Under the pieces are notes generated by a model. That model ran no database searches. It was given only the letters and a program-made list of their open reading frames with translations, and was not told where the DNA came from. The position numbers and the translations under genes were made by a program. Below are positions 1-5,109 of a DNA stretch of 5,891 nt, one piece after another; within the stretch, counting starts at the first letter, position 1; each line of letters begins with the position of its first letter. Origin of the DNA: a plasmid; assembly GCF_054482525.1 (NCBI RefSeq), contig NZ_JBTHVG010000008.1; one strand, written 5' to 3'.

Positions 1-414
1 TCTGTCAGCGAGGCTGTGACATCAAACGAGACGAAAATCAGAGACGCTATAGCCCTGTTCACAGTCTCGACAGAGAAATCGCTGGAAAAACACCGGGAAG
101 GGGTGAAAGAGGCGATGATGCAGCACAGGAAGGACGTGTTAAAGCTGGCAGGGAATACGGGCATGATGTTACTGGGGATAGTCTTTCTTCTGTTTACCGC
201 GAGTGGCGGGACGCTCTGGTATCTTGGCGGACGGATACAGACGAACCTGGAAGAAATCAGGAAGCAGGAAGAGACATTGCAGAAACTGAACGCGAAGACA
301 TGGGGCGTGGAGTTTGTGCAGGACGGGAACAGGAAATTTCTGGTCCTTCCGTACGGGAAATCAGCAGAGATGATTCCCTTTCAGGGGAAAGAGTGGGTAC
401 ATCTGAAGGAGTGA
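1..414 (+). CDS. mbeB: Mobilization protein MbeB, 3' portion (5' partial at window edge; the first 35 codons lie at 5787..5891 if the window is circular)
   Basis: Frame 1 is open from nt 1 to TGA at 412-414. The track ORF 16..414 starts at an internal GTG. The translation contains one hydrophobic transmembrane-like segment (MMLLGIVFLLFTASGGTLWYLGG). The gene is nested out of frame inside mbeA, as in ColE1. Joined to 5787..5891 it gives 172 aa, the length I recall for ColE1 MbeB. Confidence 0.75.
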   Translation, partial: SVSEAVTSNETKIRDAIALFTVSTEKSLEKHREGVKEAMMQHRKDVLKLAGNTGMMLLGIVFLLFTASGGTLWYLGGRIQTNLEEIRKQEETLQKLNAKTWGVEFVQDGNRKFLVLPYGKSAEMIPFQGKEWVHLKE

Positions 415-761
415 CACAGAGTGACAGAGCTGGAAACACATTTGCTGAACGCCTTAGAGCAGCTGCAACAGGACTATATGCAGCGGCTGAGCGAATGGGA
501 GAGCGCCTTCGTGGAATTGCAGAAGATGTTTTCGCTTACGCAACGGGACAACGCGATGCTGAACGAGCGGGTCATGCAGTTGAGTCAGCAGGTGCAGCAC
601 TTGAGCGAGCAGACAGAACGCTTGAGCCAGTTATACAGCGAGAACTGGAGATAAGAGAGGAACGGTTGATGCAGGAGCGCGAACATGCGTTATCCCTGGA
701 ACGGGAGCGTCAGCTGGAAATACAGGAACGCACACTGGATGGCCCTTCGCTGGGATGGTGA
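3..761 (+). CDS. mbeA: Relaxase MbeA, C-terminal portion (continues from 5099..5891 across the window ends)
   Basis: I translated frame 3 codon by codon from nt 3 and found no stop until TGA at 759-761. The track reports only 300..761 because it begins at the first ATG. The single base left over at 5891 plus nt 1-2 completes one codon (gtc), so the two parts are in frame and sum to 517 aa. Confidence 0.8.
   Translation, partial: CQRGCDIKRDENQRRYSPVHSLDREIAGKTPGRGERGDDAAQEGRVKAGREYGHDVTGDSLSSVYREWRDALVSWRTDTDEPGRNQEAGRDIAETEREDMGRGVCAGREQEISGPSVREISRDDSLSGERVGTSEGVTQSDRAGNTFAERLRAAATGLYAAAERMGERLRGIAEDVFAYATGQRDAERAGHAVESAGAALERADRTLEPVIQRELEIREERLMQEREHALSLERERQLEIQERTLDGPSLGW
421..654 (+). 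CDS. mbeD: Mobilization / entry-exclusion protein MbeD-like, 77 aa
   Basis: GTG start at 421, directly after the mbeB stop and nested inside mbeA in a different frame. The product is a small glutamine/leucine-rich, probably coiled-coil protein (MTELETHLLNALEQLQQDY...). Position and size match the ColE1 mbeD arrangement as I recall it. Confidence 0.65.
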   Translation: MTELETHLLNALEQLQQDYMQRLSEWESAFVELQKMFSLTQRDNAMLNERVMQLSQQVQHLSEQTERLSQLYSENWR

Positions 762-966
762 AACCATGAAAAATGGCAGGTTCATTGGATTAAGGCGGAC
801 TAATGTGCTCTGTGCCATCTGGTTGCATAGGTATTCATACGGTTAAAATTTATCAGGCGCGATCGTGGCAGTTTTTCGGGTGGTTTGTTGCCATTTTTAC
901 CTGTCTGCTGCCGTGATCGCGCTGAACGCGTTTTAGCGGTACGTACAAACTGTTGTTATGTTAAAT
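760..966. other. cer-like Xer (XerC/XerD) multimer-resolution site: accessory sequences plus core at 938..966
   Basis: The stretch 846-946 (gcgatcgtggcagtttttcgggtggtttgttgccatttttacctgtctgctgccgtgatcgcgctgaacgcgttttagcggtacgtacaa) closely matches ColE1 cer as I remember it. Core: XerC-arm-like GGTACGTACAA (938-948), central region actgttg (949-955), XerD-arm-like TTATGTTAAAT (956-966). Each arm is one mismatch from the cer arms GGTGCGTACAA and TTATGGTAAAT. Confidence 0.7.
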
Positions 967-988
967 ACTGATGGGCTTTCCTGCTTGA

Positions 989-1873
989 TTATCCGAAGAG
1001 CAATCCCCAAACACTTTTAGCTACAGAAACAATGGCTTTCTTGGCGACTTTAGCCACTGACGCTATTGGTTTAGGTAGTACGGTGTCTATTATATCATCA
1101 ATAGCTCTATCTACGGTGTCTGCGAACCCGTCCTTTGCCGTTTCTACAATTTCTTTTGTTTTTATTTCGTCTTTTACTTGATGCACCACTCCGCTCTGTG
1201 CTTCCTTTGGGAGCGATCTTACTATTGCCTCCACTAACCTTGAAATGTTATAACCTTCATTCGCAGATACAGATATAACGGGATGTTTGGTAAAACCGAA
1301 TCGTTCTATTAAGTATTCTTCCTTTTTTCTAATATTTATTTGTTGTGAGGGTGATGGTTGGTGTTTTTCTTCATCCCATTCGCGGAATGGCTCAATCTTG
1401 TCGACTTGGTTTAAAACAAACAACACTTTTTCATCACCACCAACTGGTTTTAAAACATTTTTATAAAAGTGCTCATCAGCTGAAAATGCTCGATCATCAC
1501 CTTTAACAACCCAAAGCACCAGATCTAATTCTGGGAGAAGATTTTTATACAACTCTTCATATTCTATATCTTTAGCTTCATTTTCACCTACACCTGGTAT
1601 ATCTATTATTTTAATTGTTCTATCACCAAATGAAATTATTAATTCCTGAACCTTTCTCGTGCATGCTTCTACATCACTCACTGCACATACATTACCTTTA
1701 AAGATAGAATTACATAGGCTGGATTTACCAGCGCCGGTTTTACCCATAATCCCTATTACTGGTTCGTAATTAATAACATTTCTAATTTTGTTATAGACAG
1801 ACTTGCGAATCTCTTTAGGTAGAACATCCACAGCTTCTTTGATTAATTTTATACCTTGCGTATTGTTTTCCAT
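989..1873 (-). CDS. P-loop GTPase of the YfjP/YkfA/YeeP (MMR_HSR1-like) family with C-terminal amphipathic tail, 294 aa from the MENNTQ start
   Basis: The track ORF is 989..1960 on the minus strand. I prefer the ATG at 1873 (MENNTQGIK...): it has a GAGGA about 11 nt upstream and avoids overlap with the upstream gene, which ends at 1909. Motifs read in the translation: G1 GIMGKTGAGKSS, G3 DIPG, G4 NQVD, G5 SVSA. Conserved blocks ELDLVLW, DEHFY and QPSPSQQ resemble the E. coli CP4-prophage GTPases YkfA/YfjP/YeeP as I recall them. The C-terminus (PKPIASVAKVAKKAIVSVAKSVWGLLFG) looks amphipathic. Confidence 0.8.
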   Translation of the reverse strand: MENNTQGIKLIKEAVDVLPKEIRKSVYNKIRNVINYEPVIGIMGKTGAGKSSLCNSIFKGNVCAVSDVEACTRKVQELIISFGDRTIKIIDIPGVGENEAKDIEYEELYKNLLPELDLVLWVVKGDDRAFSADEHFYKNVLKPVGGDEKVLFVLNQVDKIEPFREWDEEKHQPSPSQQINIRKKEEYLIERFGFTKHPVISVSANEGYNISRLVEAIVRSLPKEAQSGVVHQVKDEIKTKEIVETAKDGFADTVDRAIDDIIDTVLPKPIASVAKVAKKAIVSVAKSVWGLLFG

Positions 1874-1908
1874 AGTTACTATTTTCCTCATTTTGTTGTT
1901 CATATGAA

Positions 1909-2343
1909 TTAACGGAAGCTTGTTTTTCTTTCTTCTTTTTCTTCCCCGCATACAGAACATTTGTAATGGCGATAGGTATCAGAACTCCCACTAAGATACC
2001 AATTGTGTCTTTTACCATGAACTCGCTCTGTAAAACATCTCACGCATCTTTCTTTCACATTGCAATAATCATCGACTGCAATTTCAACAAATCTTTCATG
2101 CCTTTCGCCTTCTTGTTCAGCGCCACAGTCGATACACTTTTTTACAGTTGTGCACTTGAAATCGTATTTATAACTTTCCTCTCCGTATTTATGCTGTTCT
2201 TTTTGTATAGTGCGATTGCAGTCAGGGCATAGTTTAGAATATTTACAAGTCTCACCATCAATAAGCTTATAGTTTCCTCCGTGTATACCTACCCCACACT
2301 TAGCCTTGATTGCTGCATTTTTTATGCTATCCCAAAAGCCCAT
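1909..2343 (-). CDS. Cysteine-rich small protein (144 aa) with three tandem CX5CX2C motifs plus a terminal CX2C; putative multi-zinc-ribbon protein
   Basis: ATG at 2343 (minus strand) is preceded by GGGAGA at about 7 nt spacing. The translation has 12 Cys arranged as CKYSKLCPDC, CTTVKKCIDC, CNVKERCVRC and CSVC, spaced about 30 aa apart. It ends 35 nt before the GTPase start, so the two are probably co-transcribed. I recognise no family. Confidence 0.7.
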   Translation of the reverse strand: MGFWDSIKNAAIKAKCGVGIHGGNYKLIDGETCKYSKLCPDCNRTIQKEQHKYGEESYKYDFKCTTVKKCIDCGAEQEGERHERFVEIAVDDYCNVKERCVRCFTERVHGKRHNWYLSGSSDTYRHYKCSVCGEEKEERKTSFR

Positions 2344-2389
2344 GGAAAAATCTCCCTACGATTAGTTGATATAAGTTGAACAATTCATC

Positions 2390-2440
2390 GACATGATTAT
2401 ACACGTATAGTGTGTGGATATATAAAAATGAGTATGGATT
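2390..2440 (-). promoter_or_regulatory. Candidate sigma70 promoter for the Cys-rich/GTPase gene pair (perfect -10 TATAAT on the minus strand at 2396..2401)
   Basis: The minus strand reads ...acgtgTATAATcatgtcg... about 50 nt upstream of the 2343 start codon. The -35 region is AT-rich and weak (TATATA-like). This is an inferred position within a 227-bp AT-rich intergenic gap (2344..2570). Confidence 0.3.
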
Positions 2441-2570
2441 TATGCTCTGTATAATGTTTTTGTTATGTTAAATATAGCGCTGAAAAAGTGGGGGCACTGG
2501 ATAAACTTCGTGTTTTTCCCGCAAAGATAGTATTGGAAAGTCATTGTCTAATTCATCCAAGATAAATATT

Positions 2571-3383
2571 TTACGAATTTGTGAGTTTGCTTGAGATTTT
2601 TATATATTCAGCCTTTATTAACTCATTGCCATATTTTTTCTCGAGTCTTTTAACAATGAAATGACCTCGAGCCATATCTTGATAATAGTCGGTAAACATT
2701 GTGTTTAATGTGGCTCCAGTTAGTGCTCCAATAACGGGAACGACTTGAGCTGCCATTTTTTCCGTAATAACTATACCAAATCTTGTTGCAACTTTTTCTA
2801 TTAACGAAGCTAACCATTTTCCTGTTTGTACTGAAGATGCGTTTTTGACAGCAATGTTAGAAATTTCTTTGGATAAATCTTGTACGATCTCGGCAGTCAA
2901 ACTTCTTGTTGCATAGTATGCAGTATTAGCTGCATCATCGTCATCAGATGGTCCTCCCAAGGAAAACACCTCTAAGCAGGCCAGTTTGGTATCAATATTA
3001 TCTAGCTCAAAACCTTCACTTCTTGCTATGTCAGCAATTGAACGAAGCATAATTGTCGTTGAAACCGGTAACTCAATTGCTAATGCAGAAAAGCCAAAAG
3101 CGCCACCAATGGCTCCAGATACGGCCGCAAAGAATTTATTTGTCTTAGTTGATGCTATTCGGTTAGGTTCATTGTCTAGACTCCATAAGGCCGCATCAGC
3201 AGCTTTGTGGAGCGATTTTTCTACTAGACTATAAATTTGCTCTTCTGCCCCTTTGGGAAGTTTACTCATTAAGTAATCTATTGGGGTTCCAACTAATTGG
3301 GTTAATGTTTCAGTAATTGTATCTTGTTCTAATAATTCTACGGCCCTTTCTAAAGCCCGCAGATCTCCTTCTTCAAGATGCAT
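2571..3383 (-). CDS. EcsC-family-like protein (putative), 270 aa
   Basis: Long minus-strand ORF. Its ATG at 3383 is preceded by AAAGGA at about 9 nt. It has Gly/Ala-rich hydrophobic segments (AAVSGAIGGAFGFSALAIELPVSTTIMLRSIADIARSEGF and VVPVIGALTGATLNTMFTDYY) that I associate with EcsC-family proteins. That assignment is from memory and unverified. Confidence 0.6.
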   Translation of the reverse strand: MHLEEGDLRALERAVELLEQDTITETLTQLVGTPIDYLMSKLPKGAEEQIYSLVEKSLHKAADAALWSLDNEPNRIASTKTNKFFAAVSGAIGGAFGFSALAIELPVSTTIMLRSIADIARSEGFELDNIDTKLACLEVFSLGGPSDDDDAANTAYYATRSLTAEIVQDLSKEISNIAVKNASSVQTGKWLASLIEKVATRFGIVITEKMAAQVVPVIGALTGATLNTMFTDYYQDMARGHFIVKRLEKKYGNELIKAEYIKISSKLTNS

Positions 3384-3536
3384 ATAATGAATCCTTTATG
3401 AATCAATCGATAGTCTACTTTTGTAAGTGATTCGTCTTGGGAGCTTACCTTGAGCGAGTTCAGTGATTCAATAGGCGAGATGCCGACATCATTGTTGTCT
3501 GTGAAGCAGGAGTGATGAAAAGATCAAAGGATCCTC

Positions 3537-3565
3537 TTGTGATCCTTTTTTTCTGCGCGTAATCT
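3537..3565 (+). promoter_or_regulatory. RNAII (primer) promoter: -35 TTGTGA (3537..3542), 17-bp spacer, -10 TAATCT (3560..3565)
   Basis: Positional and sequence equivalent of the pBR322/pMB1 RNAII promoter (TTGAGA - 17 bp - TAATCT). The transcription start is predicted at G3573. Confidence 0.7.
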
Positions 3566-3574
3566 GCTGCCTGT

Positions 3575-3682
3575 AAACAAAAAAACCACCGCTACCAACG
3601 GTGGTTTGTTTGCCGGATCAAGAGCTACCAACTCTTTTTCCGAAGGTAACTGGCTTGGTGGAGCACAGATACCAAATACTGT
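3575..3682 (-). ncRNA. RNAI antisense copy-number control RNA (about 108 nt)
   Basis: The minus strand beginning at 3682 reads acagtatttggtatctg..., the RNAI 5' end. It is complementary to the 5' end of RNAII. Its promoter (-35 TTGAAG, -10 CTACACT) lies at 3689..3718 on the minus strand. Confidence 0.85.
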
Positions 3683-3688
3683 CCTTCT

Positions 3689-3718
3689 AGTGTAGCCGCA
3701 GTTAGGCCACCACTTCAA
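3689..3718 (-). promoter_or_regulatory. RNAI promoter (-35 TTGAAG, -10 CTACACT on minus strand)
   Basis: The reverse complement of 3689..3718 reads ttgaagtggtggcctaactgcggctacact, matching the pBR322 RNAI promoter apart from one base in the spacer. Confidence 0.65.
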
Positions 3719-4119
3719 GAACTCTTAATATCTCAATCCACCTTGTCCAGTTACCAGTGGCTGCTGCCAGTGGCGCTTTGTCGTGTCTTACCGGGTTGGA
3801 CTCAAGACGATAGTTACCGGATAAGGCGCAGCGGTCGGGCTGAACGGGGGGTTCGTGCACACAGCCCAGCTTGGAGCGAACGACCTACACCGGGCCGAGA
3901 TACCAACAGCGTGAGCTATGAGAAAGCGCCACGCTTCCCGAAGGGAGAAAGGCGGACAGGTATCCGGTAAACGGCAGGGTCGGAACAGGAGAGCGCACGA
4001 GGGAGCCACCAGGGGGAAACGCCTGGTATCTTTATAGTCCTGTCGGGTTTCGCCACCTCTGACTTGAGCGTCGATTTTTGTGATGCTCGTCAGGGGGGCG
4101 GAGCCTATGGAAAAACGCC

Positions 4120-4140
4120 AGCGGCGCGGCCTTTCGTTGC
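4120..4140 (+). other. ColE1-type origin of replication (RNAII-to-DNA transition)
   Basis: The sequence aaaaacgccagcggcgcggcctttcgttgcc corresponds to the pBR322 ori switch region (aaaaacgccagcaacgcggcctttttacgg). Confidence 0.65.
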
Positions 4141-4369
4141 CCTTTGCCTTTTTGCTCACATGTTCTTTCCGGCCTTATCCCCTGATTCTGTGGATAACCG
4201 TATTACCGCCTTTGAGTGAGCCGGCACCGCTCGCCGCAGCCGAACGACCGAGCGTAGCGAGTCAGTGAGCGAGGAAGCGGAAGAGCGCCGGAACGTGCAT
4301 TTTCTCCTTACGCATCTGTGCGGCATTTCACACCGCATATAGCGCTCTTTTCTTACAATCTGCACTGAT

Positions 4370-4440
4370 GCCGCATGGTTAAGCCAGTATACACTCCGCT
4401 ATCGCTACGTGACTGGGTCATGGCTGCGCCCCGACACCCG
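4370..4440 (-). other. oriT / bom (basis of mobility) with nic region near 4381..4385
   Basis: The reverse complement of 4376..4440 reads cgggtgtcggggcgcagccatgacccagtcacgtagcgatagcggagtgtatactggcttaacc, the pBR322 bom sequence, which contains the nick site in the TGGCTTA context. It lies between the origin and rom, as in pBR322. Confidence 0.65.
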
Positions 4441-4529
4441 CTAAAACCTGCTGACGCGCCCTGACGGGCTTGTCTGCTCCCGACATCCGCTCACAGGCAA
4501 GCTGTGACCGTCTCCGGGAGCTACATGTG

Positions 4530-4721
4530 TCAGAGGTTTTCACCGTCATCCCCGAAGCGTGAGAGGCAGCTGCGGTAAAGCTCATCGGCGTGCTCGTGAA
4601 GCGATTCACAGATGTCTGCCTGTTCATCTGCGTCCAGTTCGTTGAGCTTCTCCAGCAGCGTTAATGTCTGGCTTCTGATAAAGCGGGCCATGTTAAGGGC
4701 GGTTTTTTCCTGTTTAGTCAC
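4530..4721 (-). CDS. rom: Rom/Rop, RNA-one modulator (63 aa)
   Basis: The translation MTKQEKTALNMARFIRSQTLTLLEKLNELDADEQADICESLHEHADELYRSCLSRFGDDGENL differs from pBR322 Rop, as I recall it, at only two residues. It has a GTG start with GGAGG upstream and is convergent with RNAII, as in pBR322. Confidence 0.9.
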   Translation of the reverse strand: MTKQEKTALNMARFIRSQTLTLLEKLNELDADEQADICESLHEHADELYRSCLSRFGDDGENL

Positions 4722-4761
4722 TGATGCCTCCGTGTAAGGGGGTATTTCTGTTCATGGGGTA

Positions 4762-5109
4762 ATGATACCGATGAAACGCGAGAGGATGCTCACGATACGG
4801 GTTACTGATGATGAACATGCACGGTTACTGGAACGCTGTGAGGGTAAACAACTGGCGGTATGGATGCGGCGGGTCTGCCTGGGTGAGCCGGTTGCCCGTT
4901 CCGGGAAGCTGCCGACACTGGCACCGCCGTTACTGCGTCAGCTGGCTGCCATCGGGAATAACCTGAATCAGACGGCGAGGAAGGTGAACAGCGGGCAGTG
5001 GTCTTCCGGTGACCGGGTTCAGGTGGTGGCCGCACTGATGGCCATCGAGAGAGAGTTGCGCAGCTTACGGCAGGTCGTCAGGGAACAGGGAGCGCGGGAT
5101 GATAGTTAA
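4762..5109 (+). CDS. mbeC: Mobilization accessory protein MbeC (MobC family); start codon uncertain among 4762, 4771 and 4786
   Basis: The track ORF begins MIPMKRERMLTIRVTDDEHARLLERCEGKQLAVWMRR..., which is the reading frame whose first 30-odd codons survive as the mob remnant in pBR322. The stop at 5107-5109 overlaps the mbeA start. A start at 4786 would give the 107 aa I recall for ColE1 MbeC. Confidence 0.8.
   Translation: MIPMKRERMLTIRVTDDEHARLLERCEGKQLAVWMRRVCLGEPVARSGKLPTLAPPLLRQLAAIGNNLNQTARKVNSGQWSSGDRVQVVAALMAIERELRSLRQVVREQGARDDS

Larger units (their letters stand above)
3573..4132 (+). ncRNA. RNAII replication primer precursor of a ColE1-type origin
   Basis: Near-identity over hundreds of bases to the pMB1/pUC origin sequence recalled from memory (aaacaaaaaaaccaccgctacca...gggaaacgcctggtatctttatagtcctgtcgggtttcgccacctctgacttgagcgtcgatttttgtgatgctcgtcaggggggcggagcctatggaaaaacgccagc). 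Length to the inferred origin is about 560 nt. Confidence 0.85.

Noticed and set aside
257-439. Track ORF 257..439(-), 60 aa
   Set aside because: It is antisense within the mbeA/mbeB overlap and has no supporting signals.
989-1960. Full-length track ORF for the GTPase starting at ATG 1960 (MFCMRGRKRRKK...)
   Set aside because: This start would overlap the upstream Cys-rich gene by 52 nt, and I saw no ribosome-binding site in front of it. The ATG at 1873 has a GAGGA upstream and gives a protein of the size expected for the family. The longer form is not fully excluded.
1815-2232. Track ORFs 1815..2018(-) and 1966..2232(+)
   Set aside because: Both overlap the Cys-rich gene and the GTPase start region in other frames or on the antisense strand. 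They are low-complexity (a K-run, hydrophobic FL-rich) and are expected artefacts of AT-rich DNA.
2440-2460. Possible LexA (SOS) box at ctgtataatgttttt, as would be expected upstream of a colicin-type cargo
   Set aside because: A CTG is present but no CAG at the required 10-nt spacing, so it is not a LexA box. The element is better read as a -10 hexamer.
2986-3234. Track ORF 2986..3234(+), 82 aa
   Set aside because: It is antisense inside the EcsC-like gene.
967-3534. Insertion sequence or transposon boundaries (inverted repeats, target-site duplications) flanking the low-GC cargo
   Set aside because: I found no terminal inverted repeats, direct repeats or transposase/integrase ORF by eye. 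The only recombination site seen is the Xer site on the left. A systematic repeat search was not possible by hand.
3524-4365. Track ORFs 3524..3718(-), 3743..3970(+), 3788..4159(-), 4080..4268(+) and 4156..4365(-) across the origin region
   Set aside because: They lie entirely within RNAII/RNAI and the origin, which match the non-coding ColE1 ori almost base for base. They have no ribosome-binding sites, and their translations are Arg/Pro/Ser-rich, typical of random frames in GC-rich DNA.
4418-4627. Track ORF 4418..4627(-), 69 aa
   Set aside because: It overlaps rom in another frame and extends into the bom region. rom in this frame set is the well-supported gene.
4802-5035. Track ORF 4802..5035(-), 77 aa
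   Set aside because: It is antisense within mbeC and gives a Pro/Ser/Ala-rich low-complexity translation.
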